This document shows, one piece after another, positions 1 through 13,941 of a stretch of DNA of 64,000 nt (its first letter is position 1; each line of letters opens with the position of its first letter). The notes beneath the pieces are model-generated. The model saw nothing but the letters and a program-made list of their open reading frames with translations. It was not told the DNA's origin and searched no databases. The stretch lies in assembly GCA_004022145.1 (NCBI GenBank), contig RCNU01000001.1, one strand, 5' to 3'. A program made the translations under genes and the position numbers. The stretch is from Paecilomyces variotii (taxonomy: Eukaryota).

Positions 1-1601
1 CAGATTGCTTAGGGAAAGGATTCTCTGCGAATTGCTGTCCACGCGTTCGCCAGAGTGGGAGGGAATAATCAGCCCCGAGAAAACTCCACTGCAGACACTA
101 TGGTATTTATTATTATTATTACTATGGTACGTAGTTACTCGACAGCTACATAGAGCGAACAGAAATGTAGGAACACGGCCACTCGAGTAGTTAACTCTGT
201 CCATCAGGTGTCAAGTCGATGGGAAGACTTGAGTGAGTGAGTGAACGAGTTAGTAGTTGCCTACCTTGATTGTAGTTAGCAGACAGTATTAATAAATAAT
301 AATAGTCTGGGGGTCAACTTGCACAAGTCTTGTAGAGAGGCTCTCTCTCTCTCTCATCGGGACACTAGCGAAAAGCACTATCTACCGGGTTGCAGACCTT
401 GTGCATCCCATCGCTCGATTCGCAGTGCGGTCCGCTCTTCTGCTTTTTCTCCTCTCAAGACTCACCCTCTCTCCGGAACACACTTGGTTAGCATGTGGTA
501 GTCAGTTCGTTAGTTGGTAGTTCATTAATTCAGCAGAGCAAAGAGGGCAAATAAAAAAAAAAGCACAAAAAGAGAGGCATTGGCCATAGTGATGAGCACT
601 TATTATAATAGATAATTATTATCTATCATTATAATAATTATTAACCTTCGTTCTTCATCCACGGTTGGGCTTTTTTTGCACCGCCCAAACACCTAGGTAG
701 ACTGGACGTCCTCTTAACTCAAAAAGAAAAGAAAGCAAAAATAGAAAGCCAAAAAAGCCCACTGGTCGACCACGAGGATCACTAACCCTCTTTCTCTCAT
801 TTTTTTTTTCTTTTTACAGTTTTTTTTTTTTTTTTTTCCATCGTGGCCCCTCTCCCAACTAAGTACCAGCCAGGCTGCCTTGGAACGGGTAGCAGTGCTC
901 CTCCTGTGAACTCTGTACACACTGTGTTTTTCTCCCTCCGCGCGCTCTCTCGTCTCTTGTCGCTCCCACACGTCAGAGCCTCACTATTTTCGATAACCAT
1001 AACCCCATCCCTCCTCCTCCCCCCCCTTTTTTTCCCTTCATCAACCATAATTTCCACCCACAGTCGTTCGTTGCCATCGCAAATTTAGCCTCAGCTGGCG
1101 CCCACCAGGGGGGAATTTTGTGAGCCGCTTTTTTTCCCCCAGTCTCGTCGACGTCATCGGTTCGGACCCCAGGGAGAGAAGGCCAATTCTCGCTTTTCGC
1201 TGGATCCCGACGCAGAGCCTGCCTGTCTGCCTGCTCCAGCGCATCGCAGCCGATCCCTCACTCACTCTCACTCAAACCAAACATCGCCTGCGGAACATCG
1301 CCATCACACACCCCTCGCCCATCCATCTGCATCCAAACCCCCCTCCCCTCACAACCAACACCCCCCCCCATTTCCAGTTCTGGAGGCGATACGCTGTCCT
1401 CTTGCCTTTTCGTCCCGAAACTCTTTTTTTATTTTTATTTTTTTTCCCTCCCTTCTGGCTGTACCGCCCCCCCTTTTCCCCCGCTGCAGATCCGCCCGAG
1501 AGATGCATGGCCGATTCCACTCCTGTGTACTTGCACTGACGGACGACTACTAATTCTGCGACCGGCGGTGGAGGGGAGAAGCGTTAGGGGACCTCCCCAG
1601 C

Positions 1602-4600
1602 ATGAAGACTCCTCCGCTTCCATCGCCGGCCAAGGCACCCTCGCCTGTGGCCGCGTCTCATACACATCTACGGCGCCCGTCTCGACAGGACTTGGAGAGC
1701 CCTGCTGTTTCGAATCTGGACGGACCCGTGGCCGGAGCCCAGGATGTCAGGTCCCCCCTCGCTTATCGACAGGACATGAATGTGTCGACCCCGATGCTCG
1801 AGCAGGACTTTGACAGCCGGATCGACGGTCCCGACAGGGTTGCGGATAAGAAGAAGCAGGACACCGATGCGCGGACGTTGGAAGAGCTACGGAGACGGAT
1901 GGAGGAGACTCTCGTCTATCAACAGTCACTGCAAAAATCGTACACGTTTCCGAATCGTGATCTGTCGTCGCCCGAGTCGTCGGAAAGGAAGAGCGGCGGT
2001 TCATCACCAACATCACCGTCTCGCGCACTGCCCTCGTCGGATGCTCAATCGTCGAATTCCTATGCGGACTCCGTCGGGTCGAGTAATACGGTCAGAGCCA
2101 CGACCCCGTTCAAGACGCCCAAGGAATGTCCGACGCCGTCCTACCCTTTCCCAGTCATGAATGATCGTGAAGCTCATCTACAGGAACCGTTCACTCTGGT
2201 TTTCCCCGGTAGCAATCTGAAATCTAGGTCGAAGAAGGGAGAAACCGCTGCCCCGTTGACATCGGTGCCGCGCAACGTGTTTCTTCCGCCGGGCGCGACG
2301 ACCGTGGCGGAGGATCCCTCGTACCCGAGTCCCAGTCTTTACGACGTGACGCTGAAATTGAATTCGGACCCAGGCTTGGATGCGTGGTGGACTAATGTCG
2401 TGGACATCCTACAGACACATTATGGCGCGGAACGGGCAACGCTTGCCGTCCCGGGTGATTTGACGGACCTCGAAAACATACCGTGGGGCCAGAAAGCGAC
2501 CTTCAACCCGGATGGAGTTCACCAAGAAGACAGTAACCCGGTTCCTGAGCCGTCGGTCGATCCCCGATCTGCAAGCGCCACTCTCTCCCAAGTGGAATCG
2601 ATCAAGAAACAGGAAGACTCAGTGTCTCCCTTGAAGATGAAGGCAGTGGGTTCTGGATCGACGGCCAAACGGCCTCCCCTCGCAGCTCGCCATTCTTTTG
2701 CAGGATTTGGAAAGGATGGGAAGACGACCGTTTCCCGCGATTTCGAGCGACCCCGTGCAGCATCTCGGGCACATAGCAGTTTAGCTCGTGCGCCTGCGCA
2801 TGGCAACGGCACCGATGATAAGTCCCTTGGCGGCGCGGAGGTGCCTGGCACGCAGCCATATCAACCAAGGGACAGCCCGATTACCCAGAACTCTCCACTG
2901 GTCGTCTTCCCGATACCCAGAGCCCTCGAGGTCGAGCCCGACCCGCTCATCAAGCGGACTGGCGTGGTCAGGCTGTTCGGTCGTACAAAACCAGCAGTCC
3001 TGACACGCGAGTATGCCCACGATCCGGCGGGGTCTCCCCGCGGTCAGGGAGAGTCAATACCGCAGACGCCTGACGATAAAGATCAGACCACGCCGGCTGC
3101 TGAACCCCCAAGAGATGTCCCCAAGACACCAACACGATCCACGCACCCACGTCCTGGAGCCGGATCGAGTCTCAATCCCCATGCCGCTCTTCACTCGAAG
3201 AATGCGCACCTTCGGGGGAACAGCCTGTCGTTCTTGTATCCCGACGACGTCTATCGACATACTGAACTTTACGAAGAATATGAACAGGCGCCCCCGTCTC
3301 CCTGGTCCCAGTCTCCGGCACCTTCCCCTGCTCCTAAGTTGCATCCTGAGCAGAATCCGTTCTTTTCTACCCACACAGTCGATGAGGAAGCTTTTGCGCA
3401 AAATCCTCCGAAGCACGACTATTCCAAAGTGGAACCTCTTGAGGCTATCGGGGTGGAGGAGCGATCCAAGTCAGTGGTCCATATTCCTCTTCTCCATACA
3501 ACATCATCGAAACAGGAATCTCCTATGACGTTGAGATTCCCCGTCGCAATCATATCGTTTTTGTCACCAATCGTCCCCTATCCGGCGAATTTGAGACAAT
3601 CTCTCACGTACCTTATGCCTCACTTGACCGCGTCTTTCTGCCTGGCGCAACAGTACAGTCAGCTCGAAAGGCAGATCTCTGTCGGCCCTGAGAACCCGCG
3701 CTACGGCCATCTTCTTGGTCTTGGTGGAACGTTCTCTGATGCAAGCAGCGAGTTGGAGCTCGTGGCTGGTCTCAGCGGGCACGTGAACTATGCACTTACT
3801 GATGAAGGTTCACTGTCTGCTCGCGCAAGTCTCTCAACTCCAGATGACGGCTTGACAAAGATAAGCCCAGCGATGTCGACTTCTGGCACGCCTGCCTTTG
3901 AGTTGAACAATTCCATGTCAGCGGATGGGTCGAACTTCACCTCTTCCTCTGCTCCCAAGCAGAGTAATGAGACAATCGATAGCTACTTCAACATCGTCCA
4001 GACGAACAGTCCCCAAGGGGCCCCTCCCACGCAAACCCGGTCGAAACCCGCTAGATCCAAGCAGAATATCTCATCGAGCCCCACATCGCCTGTAAGAGCT
4101 AGAGCGAGGAGCGGTGGCGGTGTCGAATTGCTCGCCCCTCACGATACAGGTCTTCCTTCGTTATCTAATGCGTTGGACGTCAGGCCTCCTCCCGGTGTTG
4201 CGGCGCCGTCAGCAACATCGCGCAATCAGTCTACAAACTCACTTATGGCACAACTACAGCGCGATATCCAGCGACCATTCCCAGACACTATTGCGCAATT
4301 AATGCTCAACTCGGTGCCTCTTCATCTGTTTCTTGCCAAGCCCCAGTCGGGTGAAGTTATATGGACCAATGCGAAATTCGACGCTTACCGAAGAAGCCAA
4401 CCACACGAGCAGCGAGTTAGGGATCCTTGGCAGAATATTCACTCGAGTGAACGGGAGCATATTTCGAAAGAATGGCAGAAGGCCCTGCGTACTGGCTCGC
4501 AGTTCACAGAGAGAGTCCGGGTTAAGCGATTCAACGATGAAGCCGCCTATCGCTGGTTCATTTTCCGTGCAAATCCTCTGCTTTCAGGAACAGGAGAGTT

Positions 4601-7460
4601 GCTCTACTGGATTGGCTCTTTCCTTGACATTCATGAGCAACATATTGCGGAATTGAAGGCTACTCAGGAGAGAGAGAGATTCGCGACGGATGCTAAATAC
4701 CGGGCTCTAGCGAATTCCATCCCGCAAGTTGTCTTTGAGGCTGCTGAGCACCGCGGCCTCATCTCGGCCAATGAGCAATGGCATCTGTATACCGGACAGA
4801 AAATTGAAGATGCTATGAACCTAGGGTTCACAAAGCATATCCATCCTGATGACCTGGAGAAATGTGGTATAATCGCTCTCGACCAGCCTGATCTCCAGAA
4901 GAGGGTCGCGGGAACTTCAGAGTCAGCGTCCACAGACGAAGATGTGGATACGGACAAGTCCACTAATCATCGTTTCGCGCGCGGCGTGACTCCAGCCCTC
5001 GATGAGCTGGTGAGACGCGGAGTCGTCCAGGTTCAGAAAGACGAGAACGGCCGCGTATTCTACTCGACGGAAATTCGACTTCGTTCAAAGGGAGGCGATT
5101 TCCGCTGGCACCTCGTTCGGTTGGTGAAAGTCGAGACCAACTTCGGGAACAGAGAAGCTTCCTGGTATGGGACGTGTACCGACATCAACGATCGCAAGCT
5201 GTTAGAGCGCGAATTGAACAAAGCGATGCAGCAGCTCAATAAGGAAATGGAGTCGAAGACCAAGTTCTTTAGCAACATGTCCCACGAGATCAGAACTCCC
5301 CTGAATGGAATTCTGGGTACTATCCCATTCATCCTGGATACCCAGCTGGACAATGACCAGAGACGAATGCTCGACACTATCCAGAACAGCTCCACGAACT
5401 TGAGGGAGCTGGTTGATAACATCCTCGATGTCTCTCGTGTCGAGGCTGGAAAGATGAGCTTGGTTAACGCATGGTTCCATGTCCGGTCGGTCGTTGAGGA
5501 CGTGATCGACACCATCGCATCAAGAGCGATCGATAAGGGTCTCGAGATTAACTATCTGATGGACGTCGATGTTCCAGCTATGGTCATTGGAGATAGATTT
5601 AGGATTCGACAGGTTCTCATCAACCTCATGGGTAATGCCGTCAAATTCACGTCGTCAGGGGAGATCTACACGAGGTGTTCCATCTACAGAGACCCTTCCG
5701 TGCCTCTCAGATCAAGTGAGATTCTGCTGTACTTCGAGGTTGTGGATACTGGCAAGGGCTTCAGCGCAGCAGATGCTGAGCGTCTGATGCAGAGATTCAG
5801 CCAAATTGGAGGCAGCGGTTCGCAGCAACATGCTGGCAGTGGACTTGGCTTGTTCCTGTCTAAACAACTGGTTGAGATGCATGGGGGCAAGTTGACTCCT
5901 AGTAGTAGGGAAGGACAGGGAGCCAAATTCTCCTTCTACGTGAAAGTGGATGCGCCTCCTCCGCCTACGCAAGACGAGCCGCCACTTACACGGCAGTCAT
6001 CCAGTCTCTCCGAAGCACCTACAGCTGTCTCAAACTCGAGTCCTAAGCAGAGAATCCCCCTGCTGTCTAAGGATTCAGGCGATTCTAAAACTGATCTTCA
6101 GGAACTCTCGCCAACTCATGAGGCTCCAATGAAGTCTCCAGGCATTACCGTGACTAACCATCAGTCAGAAGGCTCTTCCGCCGTTCAGACTCCCGAGTTG
6201 CAAGCCCTCGAACCTCCCATCAAGATGGATGGTACTCCCAAAGAAGGCATTCTTGATTCGTCAGAATCCTCTGGTCGTGAGAGGACAAGGTCGCTGGCAT
6301 CAACGAGTGGTGACACCATTAGGCCAACGCCAAGTAGCTGGATGGAGTCTACTCTGCTAAAGAATGAGACTCGGGATTCCTCGTCAGGGTCGCCTCTCCC
6401 GGCTTCCTACTCGGTCATGATAATCTGTCCTCTCGACAACGCCCGCGAAGCTGCCAGACAACATATCGAGCAAGTCATTCCCCATGAGATCCCGTCCACG
6501 ATAACCACTCTACCGGACGTAGAAGACTGGAAGGACCTGGTAAATGCGGGCGACTGCCCTTCTCTGACCCATCTAGTCCTTAGTCTGCCATCGGTAGAGG
6601 ATGTCTTCGAGGTCATGCAGTACGTACTGCAGGGCGAAAAGGACGATGTCCCGGCTATCGTTATCATGTCGGATCTCTACCAGAAGCGGCAGATCAACTC
6701 AAAGATCGAGGAGCTCATTGCGGCAGACAGGAAGGTGTACACAGTCCCAAAGCCGGTTAAGCCATCTGCATTCTCGAGCATCTTCGATCCGGAGAACAGA
6801 CGCGATCTGAGCAAGGATCGTAATCAGGATATGGCCAGAGAAATCAACAATAACTTCAAGACTATGTCTAAGATTGTGAAAGAAGTTATTGGAAACAAGG
6901 GCTACAGAATCTTGCTCGTCGAGGACGACGAGACTAATCGCATGGTATGTTGCATCCAGACTATAACCTCCATATACGCATGTCTGACTAAGATTTGTAG
7001 GTTATGTTGAAGTATCTCGATAAGATCAAGGTTGTCTCTGAGACGGCTGGAAACGGTGAGGAGTGTACTGAGCTGGTCTTCTCGAAAGAACCCGGGTACT
7101 ACTCCTTGATCATTGTGAGTAATTCTCTGTTTCTAACAATTCTTATGCACACCCTCTTAACACTGGTATCAGTGCGACATTCAAATGCCCGTCAAAAATG
7201 GTTACGACACTTGTCGGGAGATCCGCGCGTGGGAACAAAAGAACCACTTCCCCCAGATTCCGATAATGGCGCTCTCTGCGAATGCTATGACGGATCAGAT
7301 CGATGATGCCGCACGTGCCGGTTTCAACGACTATGTGACGAAGCCGATCAAACATAATGAACTCGGCAAGATGATGATGGGATTGCTGGATCCCTCAACG
7401 CCTCAGGTCTTGCTTCGGGATCGTCGTCGAACTCGACATGACATCCAACGTAGTACCTGA
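1602..7460 (+). CDS. Hybrid two-component histidine kinase (PAS-PAS-HisKA-HATPase-receiver), probably fungal group V (PhkB/Nik-2-like); introns 6945-7000 and 7115-7172
   Basis: H-box FFSNMSHEIRTPLNGI, N-box QVLINLMGNAVKFT, G1 VVDTGKGF, G2 GSGLGL; PAS/PAC motifs (IHPDDLE, GDFRWHL, WYGTCTDI). Splicing joins ILLVEDDETNRM|VMLKYL...YSLII|CDIQMPVKNG...DYVTKP into an intact receiver domain. The group assignment is inferred from architecture. Confidence 0.93.
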
Positions 7461-9436
7461 AACAGGAAAAAAAGAACATGCAGTCTGGTTATTGATTCAT
7501 CTGTGATTCGGCTGGTGCTCTCTTCGCACGCAGTTTTTTCTGCGGCTGAGCAGCAGCGGATTAATATGCCGCTTTCTCATGGCGCACTAAATTTTTTTTT
7601 TCTGGGCTGGGCTGGGGCTTTGGACTGGCAAGAGGGGGGATTTGGAAGGGAACGGCGCCTTTTCTAAACGGTTTTCGGTTCTGGCTGTTTTCTTGATGAG
7701 CGCTTGAATCCACGTCGTATCCGCTTTCAGCTCTGTTATACCATTTTGCTGCATCAGCGTCCGGAGTCTTGTGCTTCTTGTACTGATCTGTTTTCTTTTT
7801 GGCATGGCGCCGCTTCTTTTGAATTTCATTTCTCATTCCACTCATACCCCGCAGCTTTATTTATGTCAACTCCTTTGACTTTTATATACTTTGTGTGTCA
7901 TTTTTCTCTTCAATCACGAGTTGTGATCCTCCACGTTTCAATCGACATTAGTTTGTTGATATGTTCGGACCCTGACTCATTCTGGTACTGAGTGCTTTTT
8001 TTTTTGCTGTCTTCCAGATTCTTAATATCCGAATCGGTTTGGATTTTAGGGGCCATGGATCCTCCTCTTAGTGTCAAATCGACACGTTGTTTGGTTACTC
8101 TGTTCTAGGGCCCCATGAGGCCTGCCGGCTGACAAAGGAAGATATCGGCTCGGCTTGAGATTTACAATCAGCATTGGGGTTCATCACTCGGTTAATGGCG
8201 CGCAAAGGTTCTATGGGTTCCAATCATCATGTTTGTTTCCTGTTTCTCTTTCGGTGTGGGCCTTACGGGATGAAGGGCGCATTTCATGCCGTGGGTATTT
8301 GGGAAGGCATGGGAATGGACTGGACATGCATCATCATACCCACGCATGGACTGTCTGTGGAAATAGTCGAACAAAAAGCGCCCTCCAGACGGCGAGTGGC
8401 GTGAAGTTTCGAAGCGCCATGGAAGTAGTGGGAAGGGGGAATACGGTTGAGGGAGACGGCTAGAGGACCAGGGAGCCTACCTACAGCAAGTTCTTTTTTT
8501 CGATTGTTGAGGATCAGTTTGCATCTCAACTTTCAGGCTCTCCTCTTATCTGCCATCCTCTCTTCCCGCCCCTCCTTGCACCGTACCTTCTCCCCCTACG
8601 CCGCGCATTCTGTGGGCCTGTACATTACATCATCTTCATCATCGTCACCGGCTCCTTTCGGATCTCGGGCCCTGATGCATGAATGAATTGCACGAAATGA
8701 AATGTTTTATATACCCAGTGGTGTGTCGAGTCCATAGAGGAAAGGGTCATTTCACATATTTATTTCATCCATTCTTACTGTTCCCATACATTATTACCCT
8801 TTTCTCTCTTGTAGTCTCTCTATCCAGAGAGTAGTAACTAATTCCTCCCCGTAATTTCAAAACAATGGGGTTCGGACTCACGCACAGCCACGCTCCAAAC
8901 ATGAGATGTAAAACACAAAGAACCATGGAACCATAGTTAATACATAATTAACAAGCAAGTTATAAATAGAAACAAAATATCAACCCCACTTCAGTGAGTG
9001 ATGACTACTACATAATAATCTATTGACTAACTAAATAACATCCAGCAACTAGTTAATAATCTCATTTCGGGAATATCATTCTAAAAAAGCCATGCGAGAG
9101 GAACGATCCGGGAAGATTTTCCATGGGTTTAGAAACTTACTTAACTAGTACATTAACTGGACTAACGATTAGAACACGGTACGGTATAACTAGGTAGTTT
9201 TCTGGGACATCTCCGGGGTTGGTTAGTTGGCCCTTGGTAAGTTTGAGGGAAGGATGGATAATGATAATGATATGTATGATAACTTTCTCATCGTGCTATG
9301 TCAATATGTCATATAAGTAAAATAGTGTAATACACAGGCGGGTGTGTTTTACATACTCTCTATATTGGAGACATAGACAATCAATGTGAGTGTGATATAA
9401 GTTATTAAGTGAAAGAAAGGTAATGCATTCCTGGGT

Positions 9437-9475
9437 TGTATGTATGTATGTATGTATGTATGTATGTATGTATGT
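9437..9475. repeat. (TGTA)n tetranucleotide microsatellite, about 9-10 units
   Basis: Seen directly; a C15 run follows at ~9508-9522. Confidence 0.95.
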
Positions 9476-12400
9476 GTGTTAAGTGGCAGTCATTTTTTCC
9501 CGGATGCGCCCCCCCCCCCCCCTCGCTTCGGGTTTGAGATGGTGATTTCCTCACGGATAGTTATAGTTACTGTGTAGATAATAGAAGTATCGGAGGGAAG
9601 GAAGGGTATTTTAACTTCTCATCTACATTATAAGGATGCAAAAGTACGGAAGTATCGATCCATAACCCAATTGAGGGTGCTGGGAGCCATGTACTAGTTG
9701 GTTAGTATTACCAGTAGTATACACTACAGTATTTTGTTTTCGAGTATATTGGAGCATCTATGTGGTGATGGAATTTGAGTCTTGAGGTTACTTCCTCCTA
9801 GCTTATATGAGAGATGATATAGTCAAGAGGCTAGTCAGCTTGAATGGATAGAATTGGACGAGGATGAAAGTGATGCTGTTTCTCACGGCTGCGTCGACCT
9901 ACCTGGTAACTAACTATTATCTCTTCTGCGACGATAGCCGTGCGTATGGTATATTATTATGTGTAGCAGAGGGTCCCACATATCTTGTAGAGTAAGTATG
10001 GTGCGGGCAACAGATAAGGCTATTGGTATATTATTCTTGGAGTTAGTGATCTTGGAATAGTTGCGTCGCTAGACACTTTCTGGGGAAGAAGGAGTTCCAA
10101 GATTCAAAAGTCTCGTCTCGTCTCTTCTACGGTCTCACCGTGCAAAAGTGGAGAGACTGTTGTGACGGCGTCTTGTCAATGCTTGATTTTGCTTGTGGCG
10201 GTGAAGAAACGGAAAATCCGCTTGGTGGTGGTTGGCGACAATTCTGGCAACCCCATCGGCTTTTTAATCTCTGCAGGAGCAAATGAGAACTAAAGGGACC
10301 CCATGAAGGAGGGACATTTGCTGGCCTTGGTGTGATGATGGAGGACAAAAGCTCGAGGATCATGATCCGGGGTCATCATACTAACTCCTGCAAAGATGAT
10401 GCGCTTCAATGTGGCCCTTTTCGGGGATCCGCTCCATATTTTCATCCTGTCACCTGCTCAGCTCCGGGACTGCAGAGGATCCATTGGGCGTGGATATTTC
10501 TCCAGATTGGTGACAATCCCCAACAGTGCGCAATAAGGCTGCATCGGCGAGGGAGGGGACCCAGCCTAATCAGCAACGCAGAGGGGATAACTGTCGAGTA
10601 ACAGTCTGGCCAGGTAGTGGTGCAACTGCACTGAACGAACCAACAGAAGACAAATCGCAGGCTGGACGGGGTAATTAGTCGTTTGGTTCGCTGGGAATCG
10701 CCGGGTCCTCTCGGTCTGGACTGGACACGGGCTTCGCGACGAGATGCGAGACGAACGCTCTGCCGGCATGGAAGGTTCTTCGAAAGTTTGCGTCACTCCT
10801 CTCGGCTCTGCGTCATCGGAAATTATTATCTCCCAGGTGATTTGGAGTGCTTTCCTGAAAAGTAATCATCATGTCGTTGCTCTTCTGGAGGGAGCTAAAT
10901 CTGCAGCCGAGAGAAGAGAATCGCGGTGGGAGAAGCTTATTCGGTCAACGGTAGGGTGTGATAACCGACTGGGCAGTCGTCCCGTAAAGAGTATGAATCA
11001 TAGGGAGTAAATCCCAATTGTTCGGATATGCCATTTCTGGAGACAGTCAGGTTGGCAGGCTATGTCTGGTAGTCCTGTTGGAAGGATTTCATGGATTGCT
11101 TCGGATACTGTCATTCGGTCGCCAGATCGAGATACTTTCTTCTTAGCTCCTGTCTGGCGCAGATCAGATCACCGTCGCCAGGCCTTCAGGCTGAAGTTTC
11201 GTCCCAATTTGAACGCAATGGCACTGAGGATGCACTGGCTGGATCAGCAGGGGGGGTTTTCCAGCTGCGCTCCAGCATGTCTGACAGCCCGCCGAGCCCA
11301 CCCGACTTACCAGCAGATGGCTTAGCCGGAGAAGCATCTGAAGGACACTGTCCAGGTCTTCTTGTCGGCGCGTCTAGAGCGCTTGTCACCGCTTGATTCT
11401 TGCTCGTGGCGTTTTCATTTTTCTGTTGCTGCTTTTGAAATCTGGCACAAACGGGAGCGACTTGCTATGAGAGAGAAGAGAGAAATGCGGCAAACGGCAG
11501 CATAGCCGGCATTCTCTTCATCTGATTCATCAGCAAACCTAGGCACGGATTGGCAGCCTTTTCCGCAGTCTGGGCTGATATGACTCCTGTTCTGTGGTGA
11601 AGATACTGTGCCGCCGTGAACTGCTGCCCGGCCGCCAGCCTGGTGCGGGAGCTCGACAGGCAAAAAGAGCAACCTGGTTGTTCGTGCCATGCAGAGATGT
11701 CCAACATCCACGATCTACAACCCTCCGCTGCCCATACCAACCCTCGAAGCTCATAATGTTATTTGAGCATGGTTCCAGCCTCAGCCAATCATCTTCTGCA
11801 TTTGAAAGAATAGGAAAAAAAAAAATAAAAAAATAGAGAAAGAATGCTGAGACCACAGGCACGTCGACCAAAACGAGCGATCTGACTATCGGTTTGTCTC
11901 CCCGCTCTCGCCCGAACAAGAGTAGCAAGCAAATACTCAAGGTAAGTAAAAGATAAACAACACCAGGTAAAATAAGAGTCAACGCCCACGCAGGCAAGTT
12001 CTTTAGAGGTCCAATGGGATCCCAAGAGCTTCTAGAACCCTCGTAATCGCGCAATGCCTCTCTCGCACGTTCCAATGCGCCCACCGGTTCTTAGCATCCA
12101 GTCCGCCGTCCTATATCCTTCCTCCCCACTATCTCCTCCGGTCTTCCTCTGCGGACAGAGATACCAACACGAGGGACAGATGCGGAGACTCAGGAGATGA
12201 CAGGCAGATCCGGAACGGCCACGAGGTGCCCCGACAGACGGAAAAAGACGTGAGAATGCCCCGCGAGAAGGCAACATGGCTGGCATCAACCGGTCTCCTA
12301 GTCCGTCCTGGTGGAGGGGTTCGGAGCCCATTGACAGGAGCACGGCCACACGGCAGAGCGGAAAAAAGGCCTAGTGGGGGACGATTGCTCCGATAATGCA

Positions 12401-13018
12401 GATGGCTGGCCCTTTTCCTCTGATCTTTTTTCGAGCCAGAGCGGGGTCGGGACACAGAGAGGGCGAATTGGCTTCCGGAGAAGGGGGAGGGGGCGGACTC
12501 GGAGGTCAGGATTGGGATATAGGGGGGTGGGAGACATGCGACTTGAGACGCCAGGAAAGCCCTCGACTCGTCCACGTCCCGGCCATGGCCAGGGCTATCA
12601 CGGCGGAGATCCTTCTCGTCGGATAGAAGACCCTCCGTCGACGGCTATAAAAGCCTGCTTCTTTCCTCTGGACACTCCTCTTCCTCCTTCTTCCTTTTCT
12701 ATCACTCTCGATCCGTCCATAGCATCTTCATCTGGCTACCCTAGCTCCCTCTGACTATACCAGCTGCTCCTAGTCCGACCTGACAAGCACTCATACTCCC
12801 CCCGTCGCCTTCCTACCACTTCTTCTGTCTCTCTTCATTAGTTGACTGACTCGCCGTGGGATCTCCCTGCGTTTTGTTTGTCACCTCGTCGTCTCGTTTG
12901 CTCTTCCGGGCTTTCACTGATTGTCATCAGACGCATAATTCCCATTTCTCATTCCAGCTTTCAAGCTTCCTGCTTCGTTCGTTGTCACCGCCCCGGTTCA
13001 GCAGGGAATACCGCCGCA

Positions 13019-13941
13019 ATGGCCACTCAACGTCAATACTATCAGCCCACTGCTGCTCTCCCCATCAACATGCCATCGAAGGCTCCGGCGAGCGCCAACT
13101 TGTTTCCGGTCAGTCGTGTGGCCGGCTCGCCGCCAGAGATCTCCGACAGCAGCACCACGGCAGGCAGCCGTACTTCCGGCTATAGTTTGGGGCCCAGCAG
13201 CTATGCCGGCAGCCTCAGCGGCGACTATGAGTCGAGCACGACCTCTTACTCCGGAGTTGATGTTGTCGACATGCTGAGCGACCGCATGAACAATGCTTTC
13301 GACCCGACCCCCCTCGACAAGGGACTGGCGAAGCAGGCACAGGCGTAAGTTCTCCCAAGCTTTTCGACGCATCGTCACCAGAGCGATCTGTTCTCCTGGG
13401 TTCTTCGAGCGGCGTGTGATCTGTTATTCATTGCAGATATCTGACGAGAGCTTGCAAACAGATCCGGTCAACTCAATGCCAAGCAGCGCGAGCTCCTGGA
13501 GCTGCAAGCTCTTGCTCAACGGCGCCTTAAGGGCGTCCGCGCCAACTTCTCAGAGGGTATCAAGACCGCTAAAGAGACGAAGCGTGATCTTGAATGGACC
13601 CAGAAGCGTGTTAGGTGAGTTTGCTATTGTCCCTCTGTGTCAGCAGAGATGAGTCCAATCTTCCCCCTTTTGATCTCCGCTCCGCTCCGCGGAGATCTGT
13701 CCCCGCCGCGCTCCGCTGTCAATTCTATTCTTGGCGGCCTTATTCATCTGGCGGCGTTGCTGCACACAGGCCAGTTTCTGGCCCCTCCGTCAGGAACCGC
13801 AGAGATGGGCATTTCCAGCGCACAATAGAAGATACTGATGCATTCTTTCCTTATAGCGCGCTCAAGAGCAAGGCGGAAAGCGCTCACCCAGATGAATACC
13901 GACGCGCAACGAGAACGTATACGTACGATGACGAGTACTGA
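13019..13941 (+). CDS. KXD1: KxDL-motif protein, BLOC-1/BORC subunit KXD1; introns 13345-13461 and 13615-13856
   Basis: Spliced product MATQRQYY...FDPTPLDKGLAKQAQA|SGQLNAKQRELLELQALAQRRL...KETKRDLEWTQKRV|SALKSKAESAHPDEY. GTAAGT/GTGAGT donors and CAG/TAG acceptors keep the frame; the KRDL motif lies in a coiled coil. Confidence 0.85.

Noticed and set aside
10127..12754. Many overlapping 60-180 aa ORFs on both strands
   Set aside because: No domain motifs, no consistent splice structure, and low-complexity or homopolymer-derived translations.
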